From a virus (Duplodnaviria > Caudoviricetes), in the IMG/VR virus record IMGVR_UViG_3300049445_000092, positions 1 through 56,018 of that record: 56,018 nucleotides of DNA; one strand, written 5' to 3'. The translations under genes were made by a program, and so were the position numbers. Positions 8,726 to 17,451 of this stretch are shown here, one piece after another (positions within the stretch are counted from its first letter, which is position 1; every line of letters starts with the position of its first letter). The notes under the pieces are model-generated. The model worked only from the letters and a program-made list of their open reading frames with translations. It was not told where the DNA came from and did not search any database.

Positions 8726-9112
8726 TCATCCTTCATCCTCAGGCGGCTCATTCGCCAGTCGCGGCGATCCCGCGTCCAGCACGTCGATCATGTCGGCCGT
8801 TGCCTCGAAGAGCTTGTGCAGATCATCCCAGCCGTCCCCGTCGCGGAACACAAAGCCGCCCGTGACGCGCATGTTGTGGCCGCGCTTCAGCTTGTCCTCG
8901 GCGTCGCGCAGGGACTTGTGGCTAACGCCCACGCAGTCGAGTCGGACGATGGCGTAGATGGCGCTGTCGCCGACGCTGAACGCCTGGGGGAAGACGGTGA
9001 GGGGACGGTCGAAGCCGCCGCCCACGTTCGTGAACGACACGCCCGCGGCCACAACCTCCTGGCCCTCGTAGGCGGGGAGCTTCCCCGGTGCTGGCCTCTT
9101 CGCTGGTGTCAT
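8726..9112 (-). CDS. Hypothetical protein
   Basis: ATGA overlap; 128 aa. Confidence 0.6.
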   Translation of the reverse strand: MTPAKRPAPGKLPAYEGQEVVAAGVSFTNVGGGFDRPLTVFPQAFSVGDSAIYAIVRLDCVGVSHKSLRDAEDKLKRGHNMRVTGGFVFRDGDGWDDLHKLFEATADMIDVLDAGSPRLANEPPEDEG

Positions 9113-9687
9113 CGCTCTGCCTCCCTGCGGCCCGTGAGCCGCGCTAGGTCCCGCTCCACTTGCGCCGCCATGGCATCGCCCGCCGCTTGGGCTTCGGGCA
9201 GCTCGACGCCGTGACGCATCGACAGCAGCCAGCGGAAGTCATCCCACCGCATCACCACCAGCTGGGGCTTGGGCGCCAGGTGCGGCGCGTCGGACCACGA
9301 TGCCACGAAGGCGGGCGGCGCGGTCTTGAGCTTCATGATCGCCGCCACCTTGGCCTGGGTGCCCTTGCCGTACCACCACCGCCTCAGCCCGGCCAGGACG
9401 GCCTTGTTGGCGGTCTCTTCGATGTTCACGACGCCACTCACGTCGGCCCGGCCACCCGCGCCCGATCCCCACTCCCGCTTGCCTTCGATCATCCGGGCCA
9501 CCTTGCGCTCCCGCACGCTCGCCTGCTGCTTGTACCGGCGCCCGGCACAGCGGCGACAGGGGCACGTCTTGACATGGGGGCCGAGACCGTCGCGCCACGG
9601 CTGGCGGCGGACGGTGCCGTAGGACCCGCATCCGCAGACGCAGTCTTCACGGTGATGCTGCTCCAGGCCGGGGAGGGGGCGCTCCAT
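9109..9687 (-). CDS. Zinc-finger plus PD-(D/E)XK-like protein, possible Hjc-type Holliday junction resolvase (degenerate)
   Basis: CVCGC...CPCRRC, then ERKVAR...GSGA...ADV...IEET, and LVVMRWDDF. Confidence 0.5.
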   Translation of the reverse strand: MERPLPGLEQHHREDCVCGCGSYGTVRRQPWRDGLGPHVKTCPCRRCAGRRYKQQASVRERKVARMIEGKREWGSGAGGRADVSGVVNIEETANKAVLAGLRRWWYGKGTQAKVAAIMKLKTAPPAFVASWSDAPHLAPKPQLVVMRWDDFRWLLSMRHGVELPEAQAAGDAMAAQVERDLARLTGRREAER

Positions 9688-9698
9688 GGAATCCCATA

Positions 9699-9890
9699 CT
9701 ACTCGGGACCCTTGACGATCACCGTCACCCCTTCGTCCAGCATGGCCTGGGCGAACTCGGCCGTATAAGACCACGGCTTCTCCACGCAGCGGGCGATCTC
9801 GCTGGGCGTCCAGCCGTTGTCGGCCATCCAGCGGGTCAGGATCACCAGATTGTCGTGGACGGTCCACCACTCGGCTTCGGTCTCAGCCAT
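9699..9890 (-). CDS. Hypothetical protein
   Basis: Strong SD AAGGAGG; VEKPW motif. Confidence 0.6.
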   Translation of the reverse strand: MAETEAEWWTVHDNLVILTRWMADNGWTPSEIARCVEKPWSYTAEFAQAMLDEGVTVIVKGPE

Positions 9891-9913
9891 CAGCTTCCTC
9901 CTTTGGGTTGTCA

Positions 9914-10867
9914 CTACCTGATCCACGCGCGAACCTTCTCGCCCGTCAGCAGTGGCGCGTTCTCTGGGCCTGACAAGTAGGGATTGATGTAGATCGGACG
10001 GTGCAGGGACCACTTCGGCCCATACGCCTGGTTGCGCCAGTGCCCGCTGGTGACCCACCGATGGTGATGAGTGCGCCCTGTGTGCTCCGTAGGGGGCCGC
10101 GGCGGCTGGTGGCGTAGGTAGACCACCCGCACCGCTTCGGGGCGCTCTGCGGTGCCGCTGGCGATGCGCCGGGCTTTCTTGCGGTTGCGAACCTCAGGGA
10201 CGTGGCGCACACTCCGACTGAGATCGGGCTGGGCCGAGATCGTCCAGAGCGCGCGCAGTCGACGCCGGTCCTCGGCCATCGACGCGTCGACCACCGGGTG
10301 ATCGGCCAGCTGCACGTCGGCGGGTTGGCCGAAAGGCCAGACAAGACCGCCCAGCGGGTGCAGGTAAGGCGGCGACAGCGGGGTCTCGGGGAAGATGTTC
10401 GGCCCGTAGACGGTGATGCCCAGCGTCGGATTCCCGCGCCAGCTCGCCGGTCCCCACAGGTAGCCGCCGACGGTGACCGGGACGCCGCTCGCCTCGGCGT
10501 CGATGCCCGTCAGGGCCGACGCGAACAGGACGAGACCGGCCCCTTGGTCGGGCAGTTCGCCGACGTGCAGTGGAGCGTCGGGCATCGACGGCGCCACCGC
10601 CGCCAGCAGGTCGCACATATCGGAGCCGACGAACCACAGCTCGGCTCGGCCCAGCGTCAGGGTTTCCCATTCGGGCGTGAAGTCCTGACCGCCCTCGAAC
10701 TCCCGCAGGACATCGGCCAGCCGCCAGAAGCTCCCACCCGGTCTCCATGCCGAAAGCAGCGTGCGCCGCCAGGTCGGGATGTCCCGCGGCCGCGGGCGCC
10801 AGGAGCTGAAGTCGCGGGTGGAGTACCGCAGCGCCTCTTCCGGGGGATAGATCGGCTTGGGCCTCAC
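9914..10867 (-). CDS. Conserved phage protein of unknown function
   Basis: C-terminal HRWVTSGHWRNQAYGP...RPIYINPY..GP..AP motif, recalled from actinobacterial mobile-element proteins. Confidence 0.7.
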   Translation of the reverse strand: MRPKPIYPPEEALRYSTRDFSSWRPRPRDIPTWRRTLLSAWRPGGSFWRLADVLREFEGGQDFTPEWETLTLGRAELWFVGSDMCDLLAAVAPSMPDAPLHVGELPDQGAGLVLFASALTGIDAEASGVPVTVGGYLWGPASWRGNPTLGITVYGPNIFPETPLSPPYLHPLGGLVWPFGQPADVQLADHPVVDASMAEDRRRLRALWTISAQPDLSRSVRHVPEVRNRKKARRIASGTAERPEAVRVVYLRHQPPRPPTEHTGRTHHHRWVTSGHWRNQAYGPKWSLHRPIYINPYLSGPENAPLLTGEKVRAWIR

Positions 10868-11259
10868 AGCTTGCTCGCGATCCACAACGCCTTGTGCTCG
10901 TCGCGCAAGATGATCCGACCGTCACCGACATCGGCTAACGCCTCAAAGATCGTGGCCGTCGCGACGGGTTCGACGTGGTTCATCGACGGCGCTCGCTTCG
11001 GTGCCACGTCGTTGGCGTTCGGTCGGCCTTCGGGGATGTCGTAGACGTACATCCCGGTCTGGATCCGCCGCAGTCGGCCCCGCAGCCACAGCTCGCGGGT
11101 CGCCGTCGAGACCGTGCCGGGGTAGAGCCCCAGCGCCGCCCTCACTTCGGTGTTCCGCATGGCCTGGCCGGGGTTGTTCTTGAAGTGCGCCTCGACCATC
11201 GCCTGGCCTTCGCCGTAGTGCAACTTCTTGCTCTGGGGCAGTCGCTTCTTCGTCTGCAT
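10864..11259 (-). CDS. Winged-helix DNA-binding protein
   Basis: EVRAALGLYPGTVSTATRELWLRGRLRRIQTGMYVY wHTH pattern; first gene after promoter. Confidence 0.6.
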   Translation of the reverse strand: MQTKKRLPQSKKLHYGEGQAMVEAHFKNNPGQAMRNTEVRAALGLYPGTVSTATRELWLRGRLRRIQTGMYVYDIPEGRPNANDVAPKRAPSMNHVEPVATATIFEALADVGDGRIILRDEHKALWIASKL

Positions 11260-11296
11260 GTCTTCTCCATGTGCGGGGTGTCGGGGTGACGGCGGA

Positions 11297-11325
11297 ATCC
11301 TAGACTACCCGAGACCCCACGTCAA
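11297..11325 (-). promoter_or_regulatory. Sigma70-type promoter, divergent from the Rpf-like gene
   Basis: TTGACG-N17-TAGGAT; GGGGTC half-site in spacer. Confidence 0.7.
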
Positions 11326-11367
11326 TCCGCGCTGGACCGGGCCGGGGCGACTGCCTAGGGTCTCCGA

Positions 11368-11931
11368 ATGGTCAAACGGCTTCCGCTCGGCCTGGCCGGG
11401 TTCGTCGTTGTCGGCACCGCTCTCGGAGCGACGCTCGCCGTCGGTGGCTCTGAGCCCCGGCCCCCGCCTCATGTAGCGGCGGCGGCGAGACCGCCACCCG
11501 TCACGACGACAGCCCCGCCGCCAACCACCACGATGCCGCCTCCTACGACGACAACCAGCAGTGTGCCACCCCCGCCACCGCCTCCGACCACCGTCCCGGC
11601 CCCGCCACCGACGGTCCCGCCCACCACAAGCCCTCCAGCGCCCCCTGTGACGGCTCCTAAGCCCCCGCCGCCGCCTCCAGCGCCCCCTGCCCCGGCTCCG
11701 GTGCAGCAGGTCTCCAGCGGGGGCTGGCAGCGGGTGGCGACGTGCGAAGAGGGCGGGCGGAACGATCCCACGTTCGGGTACTTCGGGATCATGCCGTCGA
11801 GCTGGCTGGCCTACGGCGGCGGGGCGTACAGCTCCACGGCTGGCGGGGCCTCCTGGGACGCGCAAGTGTCGGTCGGGACGCGGATCACGGGCGGCTGGAT
11901 CCCAGACCAAGGGGCCTGCGCCAGCTGGTAG
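11368..11931 (+). CDS. Secreted resuscitation-promoting-factor (Rpf)-like lytic transglycosylase
   Basis: Signal/TM segment, long Pro/Thr linker, C-terminal WQRVATCEEGG...FGI..SSWLAYGG..Y...A..AS...QV.V resembling the Rpf consensus W..lA.CESGG...QF...TW.AYGG...A....Q. Confidence 0.75.
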   Translation: MVKRLPLGLAGFVVVGTALGATLAVGGSEPRPPPHVAAAARPPPVTTTAPPPTTTMPPPTTTTSSVPPPPPPPTTVPAPPPTVPPTTSPPAPPVTAPKPPPPPPAPPAPAPVQQVSSGGWQRVATCEEGGRNDPTFGYFGIMPSSWLAYGGGAYSSTAGGASWDAQVSVGTRITGGWIPDQGACASW

Positions 11932-11938
11932 ACGCGCG

Positions 11939-11972
11939 CAGCGGCCCCCGGTGTCGGATCCGGGGGCCGCTG
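11939..11972. terminator. GC-rich hairpin between convergent genes (probably bidirectional terminator)
   Basis: CAGCGGCCCCCGG-N8-CCGGGGGCCGCTG, a perfect 13-bp stem. Confidence 0.75.
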
Positions 11973-11994
11973 TCTTCAGTATCCGCCTACTGAG

Positions 11995-12396
11995 CTAGGG
12001 CAGCATCGACTCCAGCTGGCCCGCGCTGTAAAGCAGCGCTTGTAGGGCGATCTGTGCCGTGGCCGCGGCCCGTGGGTTCAGGGTCTCGATCCGGGTCAGC
12101 GTCGGCTCCACGAAGTCTTGGATGCGGCAGCGGAGATCGCTGGCCGTCTGCTTCCCCAGGTTCTTCACGTCGGCCACCCGAGTGCCGACATGCCACACCG
12201 CGGCCCGTGTGCGTCCGGTGCGCGTGAGCACCACGGGCGAGATCGCCCACGGGCTCGTCTGGTGCGCGAGGTGGCACTGGATCAAGCGAGTGATGCGGAA
12301 CGTCGGCTGGCCGACGAGTGTCCCGAGACCTTCCGCCGTGAAGGCGGTGAGGCTGTGCCGGGCGATGAGATCGTCCAGTTCTTCCCAGTACGTCAT
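11995..12396 (-). CDS. Hypothetical protein
   Basis: ATGA overlap; ends next to the terminator. Confidence 0.6.
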   Translation of the reverse strand: MTYWEELDDLIARHSLTAFTAEGLGTLVGQPTFRITRLIQCHLAHQTSPWAISPVVLTRTGRTRAAVWHVGTRVADVKNLGKQTASDLRCRIQDFVEPTLTRIETLNPRAAATAQIALQALLYSAGQLESMLP

Positions 12397-13022
12397 GACA
12401 CGAACACCTTTCCGGCCTGCACAGTGTTCAGCAGTCGCTGCGCCGCCTCTTCAATGGATTCCAACAGCTGGGACGACATCATGTTCTTGGCAATGGCACC
12501 CTCCACTTCTTCGGCGATCTCTTCGAGCTGAGCCGGGATGATCTGGAGCAACGACTGGTTGATCGGCGCCACCGCCGCGTCGGCGACGGCAGCACTCTTC
12601 GCCCTCTTACCCTTGGCATCCGCTTTGTTCGTCCGCTTCGACGGTCCATGACCGGCCCGGCGCTGCTTCAGATCGTGGAACACCTGATCGACCGCGGTCG
12701 GTCCGGCCAGTTCGATGGCGTCGACCAGTGCCGACGGGCTCTTCTTCGCCATGTTCTTGGCGACGTTCGCGTGCGAGGCTGTTGTGCGGGCCTGACGTTC
12801 GTCCACCGAGTCGGTGGACGAAGCCCGCTTCACCCAGGTGCGGAAGGTGTTCTCAGCGATGCCGTTGTGCTCGGCGAAAGATCGGACGGTGACCTTGATG
12901 GTCCGCCCACCATCACTCGTTTCGTCGGTCGGCATCCCCTCGTACTTGCGGAACGTCGCTACAAACGCCGCCTTGTAGCCGCCGCACTCGGCAACGATGG
13001 TCTTCCAGTTGATGATGTTCAT
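12393..13022 (-). CDS. Hypothetical protein with HTH-like motif
   Basis: TVRSFAEHNGIAENTFRTWVKR HTH-like segment. Confidence 0.6.
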   Translation of the reverse strand: MNIINWKTIVAECGGYKAAFVATFRKYEGMPTDETSDGGRTIKVTVRSFAEHNGIAENTFRTWVKRASSTDSVDERQARTTASHANVAKNMAKKSPSALVDAIELAGPTAVDQVFHDLKQRRAGHGPSKRTNKADAKGKRAKSAAVADAAVAPINQSLLQIIPAQLEEIAEEVEGAIAKNMMSSQLLESIEEAAQRLLNTVQAGKVFVS

Positions 13023-13480
13023 GTCTTCTCCTCGTTGTCGTCGTCTTTGCCTTGGGCCTGTTCCCAGGACTCGGGGGATTCGAGGCCGCGAACATCCACG
13101 TCGGTCCAGTCCAGGTGCTCGGCGTAGAACTCATAGGCCGCGTCGCTGTTGGGGAACGGCCCGAGGATGTCAAGTCCCTCGTCTTCAGGGACCAAGTACA
13201 CATCGGGCTCGCGCAACAGCAGTCCCTCCATCGTGGCGTTCGACTTGCCCGTCCGCGCCTCCAGCCTCCCCACTAGCTGCTCCAGCATCACCTGAGCTTG
13301 GGCCACGCAGGTCCAGTCGTCGGTGACGATCCCCGCCTGGACCGCCACCATCGCCGTCCGCAGCGCCATGGCGTGACCGGTCTCGTCCGGAGTGGCGAAC
13401 CCATGGTCGATCTCGATGCGGTCCATCCGGGCGTTGAAGCGACGGGCTTCCGCCATCATCTCTTCATAATCCGCCATCAT
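13019..13480 (-). CDS. Hypothetical acidic protein
   Basis: SD AAGGAGG; first gene after promoter. Confidence 0.6.
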   Translation of the reverse strand: MMADYEEMMAEARRFNARMDRIEIDHGFATPDETGHAMALRTAMVAVQAGIVTDDWTCVAQAQVMLEQLVGRLEARTGKSNATMEGLLLREPDVYLVPEDEGLDILGPFPNSDAAYEFYAEHLDWTDVDVRGLESPESWEQAQGKDDDNEEKT

Positions 13481-13508
13481 CCTCCTTGCCTTCGGGGTGG
13501 AATCCGAT

Positions 13509-13537
13509 ATTGAAGCGCCTCAGGACCCCCCTGTCAA
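13509..13537 (-). promoter_or_regulatory. Sigma70-type promoter
   Basis: TTGACA-N17-TTCAAT with GGGGTCCTGAG in spacer. Confidence 0.55.
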
Positions 13538-13885
13538 GCGCAGTCGCTGGGCGTAGTCCACGCCGTCACGTTCGACCAGCCCATCGACCTCGGCATCCCG
13601 AATGATCCGGCCCAGCCGTTGCGTGAGTGATCGGCCCCGGCTGCCAGAGGTGTTGCCGGGATGGATGGCGAACGTGCGGGCGCCGCCCTTGCGGTGCGGA
13701 TGGGCGGAGCGACCCTTGATGAGGATCACCGACGATCGGATCTGCCGCTTCGTATCGGCGCCCGCTTGCTCCGCCGCCGCGGTGAGCACCCGCATCACGT
13801 CCTGGCGTCGATGCCATTCGCCGTCCTTGAGCGCTTCCAGCAGAACGCTCCGGGGATCGAACCCCCAGTCGGGGTCAGCGCTCAT
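13520..13885 (-). CDS. Hypothetical protein, possibly winged helix
   Basis: LLEALKDGEWH...DAEVDGLVERDG; TGATG overlap. Confidence 0.5.
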   Translation of the reverse strand: MSADPDWGFDPRSVLLEALKDGEWHRRQDVMRVLTAAAEQAGADTKRQIRSSVILIKGRSAHPHRKGGARTFAIHPGNTSGSRGRSLTQRLGRIIRDAEVDGLVERDGVDYAQRLRLTGGS

Positions 13886-14538
13886 CAGAACTCGACGCAG
13901 TCGTTGCAGATCGTGAGTGGCGACGCTTCGATCATCGTGCGCCCGCACTCAGGACACCGCTTACGCCGTGGCTTGGGTGGATCGTCCAGACGGTTCAGCG
14001 ACTTCGCCAGCGGGCCGGGCTTCGCCATCGTCTTGAGCCACTCAAGCTTCTGCTTCAGCACGTCGCCCTTCAGGATCGGCCCACCCCGCCGCTCGTACTC
14101 CTCGTCGCTCAGAACCGCGCCGCCGACGTTGGGCGACTCGCCCTCGATGTAGACGGCGTCGATGTACTCACAGTCGATGAGCTGGCGTCGGCACTTGGTC
14201 GTTCCGGGGAACGGACGCTCCACGCCGCACGCGGTGCAGCGGTCGGCGGGCAGCAGCATCGAGTACCCGTCGTGCCGGATGATGCGCCAGTAATCGGGGG
14301 TCCTCTGCCTGGTCGTGTCCGGTCGGTCCTTACGGACCTCGGCCATGATGTGGCGGATCGTCGGGCGGCGGGTGTTGGCGTCCTCGCGCACCAGACGGCC
14401 CAGCGCGTTGAGAGCCTCCTTGAAGTCGACCGCCATCAGCTCGTCGTGCCAGACCTCCATCTCGGCTTCGGTGATACGGGGCGTCGGCCAGTAACCGGCG
14501 ACTCGACGCATCACGACATCGGCTTCGCCTGGGTTCAT
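13885..14538 (-). CDS. Helicase loader/inhibitor-like (G39P-like) protein with zinc ribbons
   Basis: W...L..VDF.EA..AL...V......PT pattern immediately downstream of the initiator; CxxC pairs. Confidence 0.6.
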   Translation of the reverse strand: MNPGEADVVMRRVAGYWPTPRITEAEMEVWHDELMAVDFKEALNALGRLVREDANTRRPTIRHIMAEVRKDRPDTTRQRTPDYWRIIRHDGYSMLLPADRCTACGVERPFPGTTKCRRQLIDCEYIDAVYIEGESPNVGGAVLSDEEYERRGGPILKGDVLKQKLEWLKTMAKPGPLAKSLNRLDDPPKPRRKRCPECGRTMIEASPLTICNDCVEF

Positions 14539-15443
14539 GGGTGCCTCCCGTTCGTTGGGGTGATCGCGGTGGACGGTAGCCCGATCATCGGGCCAATGCC
14601 GGTTCGCTGGTTGCTCTCGTAGGCGTGGAAGCTGCTGATCTTGTCGGGATCGACGTGCTGGGTCGCCATGTGGATATCGGAATCTGGGCCGAGACTGGGC
14701 CAGTACTTGACCAGATACGACGGCGTGACCGGCTTCCCCCAGCGGCCCTTCAGCCGTTCGGCCCGGATCGGCACCTCATCGGGATCGGCCCCGATGTCCC
14801 GCAGCTGCTTGGTCGCCGCGTTCAGCTGGCCGCGGGCGGACTTGGTCAGCTCATGGATGTTCATTCCGCAGGCTTCAGCGATCGCCTCGAAGAGGCGGTC
14901 CGGCGCGCGTCGAGGAGCGATGACCGTGGTGGTCGCGAAAAGTGCTGGCGCGGTAGTTATTGGTTTCTCTTTACTTCTGGTCTTCCTGGTCTTGTGGTCA
15001 GCTGAGGTGACGCTTTGGGTGACGCTTTGGGTGACGCTTTGCCCAGGTAGAGCGCTCGCGTGCGGATCCGGCAGATCGTCGGCTAAAGCGTCAGCTGAAG
15101 TGACGCTTTGATCCGGCAGAGCGTCAGCTGAAGTGACGCTTTCCACAGATGGGAACAACCTGTGGACAGTCGAGTCCCCCTTCCACCTTCCCTGGTGGAC
15201 AACCTCGATCACCCCTTTGTCTGCCAGGCTCCGCAGTACCTGGCTGACGTATGACCGAGACCCCGGATCGACCCCGATCTCCTCGGCGATCGTCTTCTGG
15301 CTCGGGAAGCAGATCCCCTTGTCGCCAGCGTGTTGCCAGAGGGTGAAGAGGACGGCTCGCTCGGCGTGGGTGATCTTCGGGTCAGCCCAGACCTCTCGCA
15401 GCTGGGCCAGCAAACGAAGGCTGGGATGGGGTCGGCCGCTCAC
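14535..15443 (-). CDS. Phage replication initiator (N-terminal HTH_36-like domain)
   Basis: ICFPSQKTIAEEIG...VSQVLRSLADKGVIEV; internal DNA repeats; C-terminal helical domain ending VTPSYLVKYW. Confidence 0.8.
   Translation of the reverse strand: MSGRPHPSLRLLAQLREVWADPKITHAERAVLFTLWQHAGDKGICFPSQKTIAEEIGVDPGSRSYVSQVLRSLADKGVIEVVHQGRWKGDSTVHRLFPSVESVTSADALPDQSVTSADALADDLPDPHASALPGQSVTQSVTQSVTSADHKTRKTRSKEKPITTAPALFATTTVIAPRRAPDRLFEAIAEACGMNIHELTKSARGQLNAATKQLRDIGADPDEVPIRAERLKGRWGKPVTPSYLVKYWPSLGPDSDIHMATQHVDPDKISSFHAYESNQRTGIGPMIGLPSTAITPTNGRHP
14995..15142. repeat. Iteron-like repeats, putative replication origin
   Basis: GTGACGCTTT at 15007, 15019, 15031, 15100 and 15133; AAAGCGTCA-N7-TGACGCTTT palindrome at 15085..15109; T-rich tract adjacent at about 14955..14995. 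Confidence 0.75.
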
Positions 15444-15661
15444 GGCGCACCCAGGTTCTGGATTCCGGTTGGCGCTTGTGCTTGACTGCCCATTGGCACA
15501 CCTCAGATGTGCTCACGTTCACCCTTGTGGCGCCGGGGTCGAACTAGACGGGGGCCAGTGTGTTCAGACACTGGCCTTCGTCGCGTTCAGGCGACAGGTC
15601 ACGCAGGTCGGTCCCCAGCACGGTGCTGGCGGGCCGGTTGTCTAAGGAGCCCCGACTCTAC

Positions 15662-15871
15662 TCACGCCGCGGGCGGCGCGAGTGGGTCCCAGTTGAGATG
15701 GCGCGGACACAGCACCAGTCCCTCGTTGCTGATCGCCCACCCAAGGGCCATCAGCGCCCGTCTGGCGGTCACAATCGTGCGGTCGCCTCCGGTCACCGAG
15801 GTGTAGCTGGGACAGCCCACAGGAGCGATCTGAGCGTCGCAGTTGGCGATCCAGACGCGAGTCAGACTCAT
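15662..15871 (-). CDS. Small zinc-binding protein
   Basis: CD...C...GW.....LCPRH. Confidence 0.6.
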   Translation of the reverse strand: MSLTRVWIANCDAQIAPVGCPSYTSVTGGDRTIVTARRALMALGWAISNEGLVLCPRHLNWDPLAPPAA

Positions 15872-16095
15872 CGGCCGGTCCAGTCGCCACCTGCACGGTG
15901 GTACTCACGCTCGCGCAACTCGCGCTCACGCTTACTCCTGTCCAGCTTTCGGTCCCATGCGTGCGCGCAGATCACCAACGCGACCAACACGCCCGCCGTG
16001 ACCGCCATCGCGGTGACGTTACGCCAGTCGATCAGCTCGATCAGTCCGAAGACCAGCGCCAGGATGATGGCCGCGTTCAGCCGGTAGCGGTTCAA
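15868..16095 (-). CDS. Small two-TM membrane protein
   Basis: Two hydrophobic segments and a charged C-terminus. Confidence 0.6.
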   Translation of the reverse strand: MNRYRLNAAIILALVFGLIELIDWRNVTAMAVTAGVLVALVICAHAWDRKLDRSKRERELREREYHRAGGDWTGR

Positions 16096-17366
16096 AACGG
16101 ACAGTGGTGGTCAGGGGTGGCCGGGTTGCCGCAGTTCGGGCACTCGCCGTCCATCGCCTTCGCCGTCACTTCGATGAGCCGCATCTGCAACGTGCGCGTC
16201 TGCGCCCGCTCGTTGTACTCCACCTCGAAGGTGTCCAACGCCTTCAGCACTGCTGGGCGGTCCATGCCCATGATGTCGGCGACGATGTCGGGCGGCGGGA
16301 CCGGAACGTCGAGCGTCGCCACCACCACGGGCGGTTCCGCTTCAGGAATCACGTCGATCACGGGACCAGCTTCCTCGGCGGGAGGTTCCGGGGGCGCGAT
16401 GGCTGCGGCTTCGGCGCGCGCCTTGGCTGCCGACAGGGCCTGGGTGTAGTCCCACTCGCGGCCCAGCGCCCGCTGGATCTCGGCGTTGAGCAGGGACTGG
16501 ATCTTGCCCAGCTGCTGGCCGGTCCAGTCGCCCCAGTTCTGCCGTGCGAGCGATGGGTACTTGAGCCGGGCGATCTGCGATGCCAGCGCGGCCTTGCCCT
16601 GCTCGTCCAGGGCGCTGATGCCGACGAAGAGACCCTTCATCCCCTGAATCGACGCCGTCTTCTTGCCCTGAGCGGGGGCGATCCGGTACGTCTGCATGGG
16701 TTCGGTCGCCTCTTCGTGCGTCGGGGGCTCCTCGTAGTCCACGTCTTCGCCCCGGAATTCGCGCACCACCTGCGGCCCGGCTTGGGCCATCTCGTCAGTC
16801 GTGTAGAGCCCGCTCAGCTCCTGGGGGAATGCCCGCCGCAGGGCGAGCGCTTCGGCGACCTTTCCGATCATGAGATCGGGCATCTGCGCCCACATGCGCG
16901 CCACGCCCTTGGATGTCGTCTGGACATAGCTCGACCACCGGGCCGTCGCCACCAGCGGGATCTTGAAGTCCTTACGGAGCGCGCCAACCTTCGCCGCGAA
17001 GGGGTACTCGTTGGGGTCTTCGGGGCGCCACAGATCGGACCAGTCGCCCGTGGCGCCGATCCAGTAGGGGCCGTCCTGACCGGCGTACATCCCCGTTCGC
17101 TCCGCGATGAGGCGCAGCCCGTCGATGGATGTCTGGACGCTCATCACTTGGCGGTTCAGGCGGCTGTCGAAGCGCATGATGGCGTAGACCTGGCGGGCGA
17201 ACGGATCCAGCCCGGTGCGGTTGCAGATCCCCACAAACAGCTCCAGCTCGTCGTCGCTGGCGCCCTTGGCGATGGTCCGCTTCAGCAGGTCGATCTGGTC
17301 ATCAGAGAGCCGGTTCGTCGCCAGCTGGGCGCGGGGCTCGAATGGAATTGGGGCGTTGTCAGTCAT
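16092..17366 (-). CDS. bet: Phage recombination protein Bet (RecT/Redbeta single-strand annealing family)
   Basis: [12 protein letters not shown]...[19 protein letters not shown]...[29 protein letters not shown]. Confidence 0.9.
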   Translation of the reverse strand: MTDNAPIPFEPRAQLATNRLSDDQIDLLKRTIAKGASDDELELFVGICNRTGLDPFARQVYAIMRFDSRLNRQVMSVQTSIDGLRLIAERTGMYAGQDGPYWIGATGDWSDLWRPEDPNEYPFAAKVGALRKDFKIPLVATARWSSYVQTTSKGVARMWAQMPDLMIGKVAEALALRRAFPQELSGLYTTDEMAQAGPQVVREFRGEDVDYEEPPTHEEATEPMQTYRIAPAQGKKTASIQGMKGLFVGISALDEQGKAALASQIARLKYPSLARQNWGDWTGQQLGKIQSLLNAEIQRALGREWDYTQALSAAKARAEAAAIAPPEPPAEEAGPVIDVIPEAEPPVVVATLDVPVPPPDIVADIMGMDRPAVLKALDTFEVEYNERAQTRTLQMRLIEVTAKAMDGECPNCGNPATPDHHCPF

Positions 17367-17392
17367 CTGGCCTCCTGGTATCGGGTGTCCGA

Positions 17393-17420
17393 AGTCTACC
17401 CCAGACCCCTGACGCGGCAA
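17393..17420 (-). promoter_or_regulatory. Putative early promoter for the bet operon
   Basis: TTGCCG-N16-TAGACT with GGGGTC in spacer. Confidence 0.5.
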
Positions 17421-17451
17421 GGCCCCCACCGAAGCGGGGACCCCTTGCCGC
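17414..17451 (-). terminator. Hairpin ending the late operon
   Basis: Minus strand GCGGCAAGG..CCCCGC-TTCG-GTGGGG..CCTTGCCGC, with a C(UUCG)G tetraloop. Confidence 0.6.

Noticed and set aside
11305-11910. Minus-strand Arg-rich and Gly/Val-rich ORFs over the Rpf-like gene
   Set aside because: Reverse-complement artefacts of the Pro/Thr linker; the plus-strand ORF has signal peptide, domain, promoter and terminator
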